Below are positions 28,091 to 41,179 of a stretch of DNA of 64,000 nt, piece after piece. Position numbers and translations under genes: made by a program. This DNA is from Macrostomum lignano (taxonomy: Eukaryota), in the NCBI GenBank assembly GCA_002269645.1, contig NIVC01001592.1:1-64000 (forward strand). The letters run 5' to 3'. The notes under the pieces were generated by a model. It was not told the origin of the DNA. It made no database searches and saw only the letters and a list, made by a program, of their open reading frames with translations. The stretch's first letter is position 1; each line of letters begins with the position of its first letter.

Positions 28091-29131
28091 GCAACCGCAG
28101 CCGCTGAGGGGTCGTTGCTGATCGTCGCACCCGTGAATGTCGGAATACTCCGCCTCGCGCTGGTCTCCAAGGACGCCGACGAATTAGGCGCCCGTGAATT
28201 GCATGACGCTTGACGCGGGTGTCCGACATGGAGCGCGATAGTAGCGCCGTTGCCGCTGCTTTGGTGGTTGATAGAGTTGGTCGCGGAGCCGCAAGTCGCA
28301 GAGCAGAAGTCGATGGTTTGACCAGAGAGCCAGCGGAGCCGTGGTGTCGCAGTTGGTGACGCGGCGGCGCTCGCGAGCGCATGATCGAGTTGCGCCAGTC
28401 TCCTCTTGGCGTTCCGCCCGCGTGCGTTCCGGCCGCCTTCTCTTGCAGCCCGCAAAGGTGGCCAGGCGAGCAGGGGGCTTGCGGAACTGGGTGTTTGCGG
28501 ACACCAGGTCCAGCCGGTCAAGCAGGTCTTCCAGTGCATCGGTGTTGGCGTTCTCGCGTCCCGCGACAAAGGGCGAGCGCTCGAACCTCCGCGGGACTGC
28601 GTTCAGGTCTCCGAGCAGTGCCAGCGTGTCGCTGTTTGGCACCTCTTCCAGCTGCCCAGCCAGGAAGTCGAAGAAGGCACGAGCCTCCTCGGGGTGAGCA
28701 GCGGTGGGTGCATACGTGCAGAACAGCCGGATGCAGCCGGCGCGCAGTCGCAGGTCGACCCGCATCAGTCGCGGGGACAGCGAGATGCAGTAGCGAGATG
28801 CAGTAGTGCACGCTCTGCTGGAGGCGCGGTCCAATCAGTAAGCCGACACCACCCCGGCCGCAGTTGTCTGCCGACGTGTACAGGAGGCTCCAGCCGGCTC
28901 CGAGGTCCTCAGAGTGGAGCCCCAAGCTCAGCCACGATAGAAACCTCCCGCGGCGAGACGAGGTCCAGCTGTAGGTCGTAACCATTAATTTGCAGAGTCA
29001 TTATATTTGCATTCGTGCAAATAGTGCTGCAGACATCTGCTGGCATCGCGGCCAGATCACCAGGCCGCGGATGACCTCGGTTGGCTCGGACGGCACGATG
29101 AACTGCCGAACTCTAAAGGCCCCTGGCGTCG
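28090..29131 (-). mobile_element. Degenerate LINE fragment (APE endonuclease, RTE-like) with inverted 5' segment
   Basis: Minus strand, frameshifted: YTSADNCGRGGVGLLIG, LFCTYAPT, LALLGDLNA, DLVSANTQFRK, AQLDH, SNHRLLLCDL. The N-terminal GTMNCRTLK is on the plus strand at 29092-29118. Confidence 0.8.
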
Positions 29132-30096
29132 CACCATCCTTGTCCAGTATACATGTACATGTGATACAAGCCATGCACCTACATACGTGCTTGCGAATTT
29201 CTCTTAGGCTAAAGGTACGTTAGTATCGCCCCAATACAAAATTGATGTAGTGAACATTATATATACCTGTACGATGTAAAGGTTCTCTTTTAGGTAAAGA
29301 TACGAGTACATGGTACAACAAGGCGTAGACTTGCGGCTAATGTATCGCTTCTAATTCGCACTACACTTAAGAGTACGTTGCATGCGCGAACTGCGATGCT
29401 GCATGGGCTCACAAAGATGGACAGTAGGAATTTAAAAGTCTTCTAATGGCTTAATTATATTTCAGTAAAATGGCGGTGAGTGCAGTGTACGCCCTAAAAT
29501 AGGACTGCGCCATGTCACTGATGCTTAGGTGGAGTTGCTGACATGTCATTGTCAATATGGAATTAAGATGTCGAGGCTCATGCGGAACACTGTTAGCATA
29601 GACTAGAAAGAGCTGGCTTTCATGGCAATTTTTTTCTAAAAAAAACGTTCATTTTTCTTGAAAATGAGGGATAGGGAATGCATTGACTGTAGGTCTGAAT
29701 GTACGAGTATTTTCCCGTAGCGGTCACCAAAGAGAAACTTCACAGTTCGCTGCCTTGCGGCCTTTGGACTCTGGCATCCCAGCAAAACGGTTCCATGCGA
29801 CCTCCAACAATTGAATGCGGGTGATTCGACCTTTAATGTCAGTGGCACAGCCTTGTACCAAGCGTCAATATCAAGCAGATAAGAAAGAGATCTAGCCGTA
29901 TCGCTCGAATACTGCAATCGCTAATTATAGTCTCGAGTGCTCTTGTTCGAACTTAGTTTTACGATAAATTAACCGCCGGTAGAAGAGGTCAGAGAGCCCC
30001 GCCTGGCACCCTGGCACGAACTGGGACACTCTCTGAGCACGAACGCACTCAGCACACACCCTCGAATTAGCTGTTACACCCCCCCCCCCCCAGAAT

Positions 30097-33000
30097 ATGG
30101 CCGAAGCTCACCAAGCTGTCGTCTTCACTCTCAACGTCACCAACCGCGGTGTGCGCATCGAATTCGACCGAGCCGCCCTTCGTCAGGTCTGGCAGTCCGG
30201 CCTGCGCGCTTACAAAAAGCGCTGCGCTCGTCTGCGCAACCGTCTACGCGATGGCGTCTATCCGGCCAAGCCGAGCAGCCTGTGGCTCGTCATGCTGCTC
30301 ATGATCTCCGCGGCCATGCTGGGCAGCGATCTGTCGTTTGGCTTTGCGGCACCTCTCAACAGAGCGGTGCAATGGTGAGTCCATCAACTTGTTTGTGTTG
30401 GCTGTAGCTACCAGATGCAGACGGTTTCTTCAGCAAAGTTTTTAATGGATGATTCTTAGCACCCTCTCTGACTTTCTACAATTAACAGCTAATTAAATTA
30501 CTACAGAGCGTATTTGGTACGGCTATAGCTCTAAACCTAAGCTTGTTGGCTCAGTTGCCATGTGCATGTACGACGTAGCTTCAGATATATACTTAGCAAC
30601 ACCGAAAAGTCGCCATCACAGAAGATTCCGTCTGTGGTCGCCACTTTTGGGAGTGCAGGTAAAGTCTCTCAATATTGCGAGTGACGCAACTCAGCTACGC
30701 CGCTGCAGACTTAATTTGAGGAATGAATTGTGAGGGAGCGGTGTGCGAGGGTTAGACGAATTAAAGCTACCCCCGATCATTTTTCTCGTAACTTTTATTT
30801 CAGAATAGTTTAAGATAAATTGCTCACTGGCGCATAGAGTGGCGCACAAAGCATACATTAAGTATGCTTTTAAAACTGCTGCTAGAAAATGGCTTCTAGC
30901 GTCTACCTATTGGAGGTACTTCATTGTAACGGTAGTTAAATATTGGGCCATTCAGTATGTTGCTCATGGATTGTCTACCTGAGGCTTAGCGCGGGTTGGG
31001 CACGAAAATTGGCAAGTGGTTGTCGTGGGATTCACCCCGTGAGAGCCAACATAGGGGCAGAGATTGTACATACCAGACGATATTAGAAAGTCAGGGCTGC
31101 TGTACACCCTGCGTGAGCGTGTGTGTGAGTGCGTGCCTGCATGTCCGCGTGGACTTGTTTGTGCTCAGGAGTCAGCGGGAATGCGAGCAGCATTGCCTGA
31201 TTAGACGATGTCGCCGAAGGTCAGTGGGTCCACAACCGAATGGGTTCATTGCCATAATTATTATCATGTTTCTCGCAATATTGGGTAAAAGCCAGAATAA
31301 ACGGTCATTGATGTCAGAACCTGCAGGAAAGGCCTCTCAATGCAAACAATGAAACTTTTACTAGCCGCATTAGCCAGAGGCTGAAAAAGTGAACTTGTCC
31401 CTCACTTAGCATTGACTAATGCAACTGCATATATGCTTTTAACTCTATAATGACAGCTTATTAGCCTAGATGCGATCGAATGTTGACAGAGAGAATAACA
31501 CACAGAAACGAATTTTAAGGCAGAAAATCCATTTGATCCGTGATCCCACAAATATTTACATTTTGTTAGCGATATAATGATTGAGTAGAGCCTATCATTG
31601 TCACTTGAGCTGACGAAATTCTAGTTGGTAACTAATAGCAATGCTGGCGCTCACAACATCCCTGCTGCTGTTTCTTTTGGCAACTGCTTCGGCAACAAAA
31701 GACTTTGAAGCGAACTTGCTGCAGCACCTGAAGAATATTCCCGGCTTCAGTCCTACTCTCTACCCGAGAATCAACAGAACTGCCACTATACTCAACGTAT
31801 CACTGAACGTCCTGCTCAGCCATATCGTGTCGGTGGACACGGCCCAGCAGAGCATCACAGTCGCGCTGTACATCGAGACAGCCAGAGAGGAGGAGCGACT
31901 AGTTTGGAACCCGGCCGATTTCGGTGGCATTGGCTTCACCCGTTGGGACGCTGCGCAGGCCTGGTATCCCGACAACGGCAATGGCGACGAGCAAGCCTTA
32001 GTGCCGCAGAACTATGTCGGACTGACTTCAATTAGTCCCAATGTGACTGCAGTGAAAGCTTATTGGCGAAGGGAGTTTGAATTCCATTGCAGATTTTCCA
32101 TTCGACAATCACATCTGCGATCTTGACCTTTTCTTGAATGACATGGATTATAACGACTCCGTTTGACCTGTGGTACCGAAATTTCAGTACAATTTGACTG
32201 CAATTTATAGAAAAAACAGCGAATGGACTTTGACAAAAGTCACTGCCAAAGTGCGAAGGGAGAAGTACAAAATATTTGGAGACCAAATCGAGTTTTCGGC
32301 AAAGATTTTCCGACTGTCAATAGAGATAAAACGTGTCTCAACCTATTACATCGTTAACGTCATCATTCCACTGCTGCTGCTGGCCCTGCTCCAGTTGCTT
32401 GTGTACTTTGTGCCTCTTGAGTCCGGTGAGAAGCTGGGACTGGGCATCACCATCGTGCTCAGCTACACCGTATTCCTGCTGCTGCTTGATGGCATATTGC
32501 CAAAGTCGACGGAACTTCCGGCCATCGCCCTGTTCATCACGGCTGCCATGGTGCTGTCCACAGTGTCGCTGCTGCTGACTTCGCTGACGCTGTGCCTTCA
32601 CTTCAGGCCGGCGAACGCTCGCATGTCGAATTGCACGCGCGCAGTCTTAGTAAACTTCCTGGGCCGCCTGCTGTGCCGAAGCCGGGTGAATCCGTCAGGC
32701 ACCGGCGGTACCGCTCCGGACAAGCTGGACAAAGATGACAGCGGCAAAGCTTCGGTCGATTCGGACTGGGCCGTGGCGGCCCGAGCTATCGAGAGATTCC
32801 TGATGCTATTCGGTGTGGTCGCTACCGTTGTCATCATTTGCGTGTTTTTGTTTAGATCTTATCCTGCTTGAGGCGACCGTAGACTGACGACTTTTGAAAA
32901 ATGTCAGCATGCAGTTTCTTTGTGTGCGCGGTAGCATACTCTCTTTAGTCTGTCTATTATTATACCTTGTTTCTAAACTTTTCAAAACAAAAGATCTGCA

Positions 33001-33119
33001 AATACTTTCCCACTTCATGCGATGAAGCATATTTTTTATTTATGACCGCTATGACAAATACAAGTGTGCGACTTTGATAACTTCAATGTCAAGCATCGAA
33101 TCTATACGACCTATGCTAC

Positions 33120-33178
<59 letters not shown>

Positions 33179-36100
33179 TAGAGATGTATCGAATGCCGGG
33201 ACGAAATTCACAGAAGAAACAGGGGGTTGGTTTCACCGGTTTTTCTGTTTTCACTAGTAGTAGCAGTAGTATAGTAGTGATATGCAGCCTCGCTTCAAAC
33301 GCTAGGAAAAATCAACACACATGCACACACAGGTACCTGAAGGTGGTTCCACCGCACGATACGTACGTGTCGTACATGGTAATCGGCATTACCGTGTGGC
33401 TGACTGCCGCCATGCTGCACAGGTGGCTAATCGGCCTGCTGCTCTCCTACCACGGCTGGATGTACGAATCGCGCGGCTCCGTGTCTCTGCGCACCCGCCT
33501 GTGGGCCGCTTCGATGCGTCTCCTGGTTGGCGCCGGCAGCGGAAACCGCCGTGTCGGTCTGTACAGCTTCCAGGGAGCGCTGCCGACGTTGCCGGTCCCG
33601 GCGCTGGGCGACAGCGTGCGGCGTTATCTCACCTCCATGGAGCCACTGCTGGACGATACTGAGCTGGTTGAGATGCACCGTCTGGCTAAGGAGTTTCAGG
33701 TACACAATGTACTTTTCATTGATGCGAATATGTACCTTAGTGTGATGCACCTTCTAGTAATCCTTGGTTAAGTATTGTCTCAGAGTTCACTGATCTTAGT
33801 GAACTTAGGAAATATTTGAAGGTCAGATTTGTGTCTATTTCTCATTACATACGCTCATATTTCATTTGTCGCAAAATTTCACCTTTAGCAAACACTAATT
33901 AGATGACATCATTGTAACTGATCAGGACATTTAGCGAACACCCACCACCCGATTACCCAGTCTGGCGTTGGACGTAAGCTTCAATTCTACCTGCGCCTGA
34001 AGTCCTGGTGGGCGCCCAACTATGTCAGCGACTGGTGGGAGGAGTTCGTTTACCTGTACAGTCGTGAGCCGATAATGATCAACTCAAACTACTACGGAAT
34101 GGACTGTCTGTTTGTGCAGCCAACCCGAGTTCAGGCGGCCCGAGCGGCCAACGTCACCTGGGGCCTGCTGCAGTGCTGGCGGCGAATCTGCCGGGAGGAG
34201 ATGCGACCGCTGTTTGCTGGAGATTCGGTGAGTCAGCTTCTGTATCTAAGCTGGAGTCACAGTGTCTCTAAGCTGGAGTCATAGTGTCTCTAAGCTGGAG
34301 TCACAGTGTCTCTAAGCTGGAGTCATAGTGTCTCTAAGCTGGAGTCACAGTGTCTCTAAGCTGGAGTCACAGTGTCTCTAAGCTGGAGTCACAGTGTCTC
34401 TAAGCTGGAGTCACAATGTCTCTAAGCTGGAGTCACAGTGTCTCTAAGCTGGAGTCACAGTGTCTCTAAGCTGGAGTCACAGTGTCTCTAAGCTGGAGTC
34501 ACAGTGTCTCTAAGCTGGAGTCACAGTGTCTCTAAGCTGGAGTCACAGTGTCTCTAAGCTGGAGTCACAGTGTCTCTAAGCTGGAGTCACAGTGTCTCTA
34601 AGCTGGCGCCGTTTATTAGAAGTAGTTACGTAGTACCTTAGTAGAGCTCATAAGGGGGCTGTAGCCTAGTGGTTAGAGCGTTGGACTAACGACTGAAAGG
34701 TCATGGGTTCGAATCTCGACCTCGATCTACTCGGAACGATTTGTGTCCATGAGCAAGGCACTTAACTCTGCATTGCTTCAGTTCACCCAGCTGTAAAATG
34801 GGTGCCAGCAATAGCGCAGTAGCTGCGGCTGAGCTGTCAGAAAATAAGACCTCATGCTAGCTTAACTCGATCACACTGAATTTCAGGTCCCGCTGTGCAG
34901 CTGGCAGTACGAACGCGCGTTTGCCACCACCCGGGTGCCTGGGGAGGAGCGCGACTACCTTGTACACCTGAAAGACACCGGGCACATCGCCGTGCACCAC
35001 GCCGGCAGGTACTACGCGCTGTACTTTCGTCACAATAACCGTTGGCTGGAGCCGCACGAGCTGGAGGCTCAGCTGCAGCAGATCCTCGACGACAAGTCTG
35101 AGCCGGCGCCGGGCGAGCGCCAGCTTGGCGCGCTAACCGCCGGCAATCGGAGCGCCTGGGCGCGAGCGAGGTCGCTCCATTTCAGCCGCGGCGTCAACAA
35201 AACCAGCCTGGAAGCCTTGGAGGAGGCGGCCTTCGTGCTGGCGCTGGACGACGAGGCGGGCGACTACGACCCGGATGACGACGCCAAGTTGAATCGCTAC
35301 GCCAAGCTGCTGTTGCATGGAGACGGCTGCAACCGCTGGTTTGACAAGTCCTTCACCATGGTCGTCTTTGCCAATGGACGGGTGAGCGCTTTTTAGAATT
35401 GGCACATCACGGATGGTTACTGCAGGCCGCACACTCTTGCTTTCTCTCTGGAGTTACAGCTACGGGTTTTGAAAGTTCATGGAATTAAGAGTGTACGAGT
35501 GCGGTACATTTACATGCATTTGCCAGCAAGGGTTTCACGCGAACGTCTGATGCCTGAGGCCTGATCTGGTCTGGTTTATGCCTGATGTCTGGTATTTGAT
35601 ATCTGATGCTTGATCCTTGATGTCTGATGTCTGATCCTTGATGTCTGATGTCTGATCCTTGATGTCTTATGTCTGATGCCTGATTCTTGATGTCTGATGT
35701 CTGATGTCTGATGTCTGATGCCTGATGTCTGATGCCTGATGTCTGATGTCTGATCTTTGATGTCTGATGTCTGATGTCCAATGTCTGATTCCTGATGTCT
35801 GATGTCCAATGTCTGATGTCTGGTCCTTGATGTCTGATCCTTGATGTCTGATGCCTGATGTCTGATGTCTGATGTCTGATCCTTGATGTCTGATGTCTGA
35901 TGTCCGACGTCTGATGCCTGATGCCTGATGCATTGACAGCTGGCAGTGTTTTTTTATTAGGAAGAATTTTATTAGGACAGACAAACCATTTTAGTATGCT
36001 CGTATACTCGTATAAGATGTTATGATGTATAAAACTTGGGATTCGGTTTCGCTGAAATTATTGAACTAAAAAGTGACACGGCTGCGATTCGAGAAAAGGG

Positions 36101-36238
36101 AATCAGCTTGCTCATAATTGTATGTTCTCACACGTACTTAACTGGGAAAATCCATTTTTTAATTCTTTTAGCTGGGTCTGAACGCCGAGCATAGCTGGTA
36201 AGTCGGAAACGATATTGCTACAAGTAGTAGTAGTCGTA

Positions 36239-36301
<63 letters not shown>

Positions 36302-38490
36302 CACGACCAAATTTAACCTGAATCTGCAAAACCGTGTAGGGCTGATGCGCCGATCCTCGGCCAGATCTGGGAGGAGGTGACCATCCTCTATGACCAGAGC
36401 GGCAGCTGCTACAATTCAGATGGTCACTGCGTCGTTCGATCGTCCTCATCTCCAGCCGCTGAGCTGCCTGCGCCTGTCCGTCTGCAGTGGGATCTCGGAC
36501 AGGCCTGCATCGAAACCATCGACCAGCAGCTGCAGATTGCTCGCAACCTCATCAACGACGTCGAACTGCACCTGGTAGTGCATAACGCATTCGGCAAGGG
36601 CGCCATCAAGGCCTGCTCCATGAGCCCGGACGCGTTCATCCAGTTGGCCCTGCAGCTGGCCTACTTCAGAGACAGCGGCGGCCAGTTCTGCCTCACCTAC
36701 GAGGCGTCGATGACCCGTCTGTTCCGCGAGGGTCGCACCGAGACCGTTCGCTCCTGCACCAACGAGTCTTGCAAGTTTGTGCGCGCCTTCGAGGCTGGAA
36801 TTGCCACCGTGAGAACTGGTTTTGTAGCATTTCTAGCGTGTTTTTCTACTGGCAGTAGTATAGAGAGAAAGCGGAGAGGATCTTCATTGAGCACACTGCG
36901 AGCAGGATTTTACGATTTTATGTATGAAGTAATCTCTAAACCCCCATCTCTATTCTCTCCCATCTCTACTCTCTCCCGTCTCTACTCTCTCTCCCGTCTC
37001 TACTCTCTCTCCCGTCTCTACTCTCTCGCCTCTACTCTCTCCCGTCTCTACTCTCTACCGCCTCTACTCTCTCCCGCCAATACTCTCTCCCGTCTCTACT
37101 CTTTCCCGTCTCCATTCTTTAGAATGCGCTCAAGCGATAAAGCGATAATACATGTAGTTGAAACTCATCCACCTCATGATCACGTCTGCGCCCTCAGAAC
37201 GCCGAGCTCCGCAGCCTGGTGCGAGCGGCGGCCGAACGGCACCAGTCGATGTACCGAGACGCCATGACTGGCCGGGGCGTTGACCGACATCTGTTCGCTC
37301 TTTACGTGGTGTCCAAGTACTGCCAGATTTACTCACCATTCTTGGATAAGGCACTGAAGAGCCAGTGGAAGCTGTCCACTTCGCAGACTCCGCATGGTCT
37401 GACCGGGAAGCTGGACCTGACGCGTCATCCGGAGCTCGTGTCCTGCGGCGGCGGCTTTGGCCCGGTCTCTTATGACGGCTACGGAGTGTCGTACATCATC
37501 GGTGGAGAGGACACCATCTTCTTTCACATCAGCAGCCGGGTCAGCTGCCAGCAGACGGTAGGCGCATCAAGGGGGCAGCGGCCTGTCACACCACATCCGC
37601 GATCTCCTCACACCACATCCGCAATCTTCTCACACCACATCCGCAATCTCCTCACACCACATCCGCAATCTTTTCACACCACATCCGCAATCTCCTCACA
37701 CTACACATCCGCGATCTCCTCACACCACATCCGCGATCTCCTCACACCACATCCGCAATCTCCTCACACCACATCCGCAATCTCGTCACACTACACATCC
37801 GCAATCTCCTCACACCACATCCGAAATCTCGCCACACCACATCCGCAATCTCCTCACACCACATCCGAAATGTCACCACACCACATCCGAAATCTCGCCA
37901 CACCACATCCGCAATCTCCTCACACCACATCCGCAATCTCGTCACACTACACATCCGCAATCTCGTCATACTACACATCCGCAATCTCGTCACACTACAC
38001 ATCCGCAATCTCCTCACACCACATCCGAAATCTCGCCACACCACATCCGCAATCTCCTCACACCACATCCGAAATGTCACCACACCACATCCGAAATCTC
38101 GCCACACCACATCCGCAATCTCCTCACACCACATCCGAAATGTCACCACACCACATCCGAAATCTCGCCACACCACATCCGCAATCTCCTCACACCACAT
38201 CCGCAATCTCGTCACACTACACATCCGCAATCTCGTCACACTACACATCCGCAATCTCGTCACACTGCACATCCGCAATCTCGTCACACTACACATCCGC
38301 AATCTCGTCACACTACACATCCGCAATCTCTACATTACAAACGCTATCGAAAAAATGTAAAGTATGCTCAATATAAATCGAACACAATGTGATGCAGAGC
38401 TTCGCTTTTTCAATTTTTCAGAGCTCCAGACGCTTTGGAGACCGCATCTGCGCCGCCATGCGAGACCTGAGAAGCCTGTTTGCTGAGTAG
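30097..38490 (+). CDS. CPT1: Carnitine O-palmitoyltransferase 1, 8 coding exons
   Basis: Exons 30097-30374 (MAEAHQAV...), 33333-33699 ([14 protein letters not shown]), 33961-34227 (NYVSDWWEE...INSNYY), 34887-35381 (RWFDKSF), 36172-36197 (LGLNAEHSW, catalytic His), 36340-36808 ([17 protein letters not shown]...[19 protein letters not shown]), 37198-37557 ([19 protein letters not shown]...GYGVSY), 38422-38490 (stop TAG). All junctions are GT-AG and phase-consistent. Confidence 0.95.
30985..31210 (+). mobile_element. SINE family 2, partial copy
   Basis: Core gagagccaac...gctgtacaccctgcgtgagcgtgtg...gtgctcaggagtcagcgg is shared with 41180-41330 and 52885-53242. Confidence 0.55.
31641..32871 (+). 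pseudogene. Intronless Cys-loop ligand-gated ion channel subunit (nAChR-like, non-alpha), disrupted, nested in CPT1 intron 1
   Basis: Signal peptide, [25 protein letters not shown]1 [10 protein letters not shown]2 [15 protein letters not shown]3, M4. Frameshift at about 32095-32108 and in-frame TGA at 32164-32166. No vicinal loop C cysteines. Confidence 0.8.
34244..34605. repeat. Intronic minisatellite, 22-nt unit
   Basis: Unit tctaagctggagtcacagtgtc, starting about 16 nt after the donor at 34228. Confidence 0.92.
34654..34830 (+). mobile_element. tRNA-derived SINE, family 1
   Basis: A box tagcctagtgg and B box ggttcgaatc, then core gtgtccatgagcaaggcacttaactc...cacccagctgtaaaatgggt. A second copy lies at 57945-58085. 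Confidence 0.75.
35545..35930. repeat. 7-nt tandem repeat (tctgatg)n
   Basis: Direct reading. Confidence 0.9.
36224..36301. repeat. (TAG)n microsatellite in the intron after the CPT1 microexon
   Basis: Direct reading. Confidence 0.95.
37585..38330. repeat. Intronic minisatellite, 22/24-nt units
   Basis: Unit cacaccacatccgcaatctcct. Confidence 0.9.
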
Positions 38491-38744
38491 ATTAAAAATC
38501 TACTCTTACTCTATTTTGTCATTGCGCAGCGAAAGAAAAACGGAAAAGAAGTGAACTTTCATCTGAACATCAAATATCAATAGTTACGTACGAGTACTGT
38601 AGGATTCACAGCACTGGTTAATTTTACCTGCCGCGATAGCTAGCTAATATTCTCCATCTTTTCTGGACTCAAATAATTGCCGAAATTTTTAAAATAAACG
38701 TAATGAAGCGTAGTGCGTTAACTTCACCTACGAGAAGTAAAAAC

Positions 38745-39115
38745 TGCAGGATTGCTGAGATGACAAGGCTCATGGGGATTGCTGAGATGACAAGGCTCAT
38801 GGTGGGGATTGCTGAGATGCCAAGGCTCATGGGGAATTGCTGAGATTCCAAGGCTCATGGTGGGGATTGCTGAGATGCCAAGGCTCATGGAGGATTGCTG
38901 AGATATAAAGGCTCTCACGGGGGTACTGCAGAGATGCCAAGGCTCATGGGGGATTGCTGAGATTCCAAGGTTCATGGGGGAATCGCTGAGATGCCAAGGC
39001 TCATGGGGGATTGCTGAGATGCCAAGGTTCATGGTGGTGATTGCTGAGATGCCATGGCTCATGGGGGGATTGCAGAGATTCCAAGGCTCATTGGGGATTG
39101 CTGAGATGCCAAGCT
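38745..39115. repeat. Minisatellite, 28-30-nt unit
   Basis: Unit ggattgctgagatgccaaggctcatggg. Confidence 0.88.
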
Positions 39116-39659
39116 CACTATTTTTTTTAGCTTTAGAAAAGCTTGGTTAAGTCAAGTCAAAACTATTTTTGTGCGAAGGGAGGTACTCGTATTGCAAGGG
39201 GGGCTGCTCTCTATCGGTAGTTTGACCTCAATCAGGATTCACTTTTATCTTTGAGATCAAAAGTCAACATCATGGGACGGAAGTATGAAAACTTCACAAG
39301 TTCGAAGCTTGAAACTTCCAGACGTCAACGTCAATGGATAAAGAAGGACAAGAGATGGAAATTTATCTCTTTCCATATCTAAAAAAAGACTTTGCTTAAA
39401 GAACATTTTTTATAAACAACACAGAGCTCTCAAACATCCAGCCTGTTAGGAACGTCCTGTCACAACTATAATATGGCTTCACAAAACCAGGGAACTCAAA
39501 ACAGGTCATGAGAATCTTCCCCCCAGGTTTGGCCAGTCGGTCTCAGTTCAGTTGCATCAGATTTTTTGTTTACGTCGGGCAATAGGAAGAAAACGTGACC
39601 ACTTTCCCGAAATTCCTGTGTAGCTTTTATCCCGATCATTGGATTGTGTCTAGGGACAG

Positions 39660-39935
39660 GTTACAAGATTGTGTCAAGTGTTAATATTGTGACAAGATTG
39701 TGACTAACTAGTGACAAATGACAATATTGTGACAAGTGACAAGTGACAAGATTGTGGCTAGTCACAAGTGACAAGATTGTGTCTAGTGTTAATATAGTGA
39801 CAAGATTGTGACTAACTAGTGACAAGTGACAAGATTGTGACTAGTGACAAGTGCTAAGATTGTGACAAGTGACAAGTGACAAGATTGTGACAAGTGGCAA
39901 GTGCTAAGATTGTGACAAGTGACAAGTGACTTGAT
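39660..39935. repeat. Degenerate (gtgacaa)-based repeat
   Basis: Recurrent gtgacaagattgtgac. Confidence 0.8.
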
Positions 39936-40859
39936 GAGTGGGGGGATTTTTAAACTCTTAATTTAAAGCTGATTTAAGTAAATACTGGAAGTCGTCGCCT
40001 TGGATACTAATTTAAGATAAGTCTTTACGAGTCCAGCCGCAAACAAAGTGACACCAGCTATGCCAGACCAGGTCACGCGGTACAACAGGCCCATGGATGA
40101 TGCTGTGAGCAGCCTGACAATTTGCACCGCAGTTCCATAGGCTCTCAGTCAGACTTTCCACCTGGCGAACGGTGCGGTGGAACGGGGCCCCATTGAAGAG
40201 GTCACGTTCAGGTGTGGACTTAATGATCGGCAACTGAATTAATGTATTAATTAACAACGGTTCACAATGCCAGAAACAACAAATGCAATCGCTGGAACGA
40301 TGGCTCATCTCTGACCCTTAAATTTCTTGGCCTGTTTGAGTAGACAGTAGAGTTCAATCAGAAACGGCAACACAATAAGGAAAATTTTCTGACAAAAATG
40401 TTTCATATTTTTGCCGCAGTGAACAGGTAAACAGCGTCTTTTGGGCCATAGACAATGAAAAGCAAGTCTTCAATAGCTTAAGTTTTCCAGCTAAGGACGG
40501 GTATAAAAACATTTCAGCTGCAAGGGCAGGAATTCAGATTTTTTCGTGGAAAAAGAAGACAAAAAGCAGACCGCCCACACAGAAAGTTTCGACTGCCTGC
40601 GGGGGCCGGCGTGTCCGTGTAGTGTCAGGTGACACGTGGCGAGAAGCTAAACAAATAAGTAATGAAAATGTTGGAGAGAGTAAGAGCTTGTGGAGGCGAA
40701 ATCCTGTCCTTAGAGAGCGCAGATGCGGTGCTTCCGCGTGCGAACTGAACTCTAAGTGGGATTTGAGAACAAAAGGGAAAGCTTTGAGGAATAATTATAT
40801 AGGAGGGTGATAAGCACCAAGGGGTCTGTGTCCAAGAATTAACTGCGTCCAGGATATTT

Positions 40860-41167
<308 letters not shown>

Positions 41168-41179
41168 ATGGAGGCATGA

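Noticed and set aside
34654-34730. Possible tRNA gene
   Set aside because: The acceptor stem is not closed and a SINE core follows; a second diverged copy at 57945-58085 supports a SINE.
37558-38376. Apparent long repetitive C-terminus of CPT1 in the ORF track
   Set aside because: This is read-through into an intron. The donor at 37558 and exon 38422-38490 give the conserved CPT1 C-terminus.
39950-40810. GC-richer patch with short ORFs, possible unannotated exons
   Set aside because: No recognisable protein motif or convincing splice-site pair; could be UTR exons but is unsupported.
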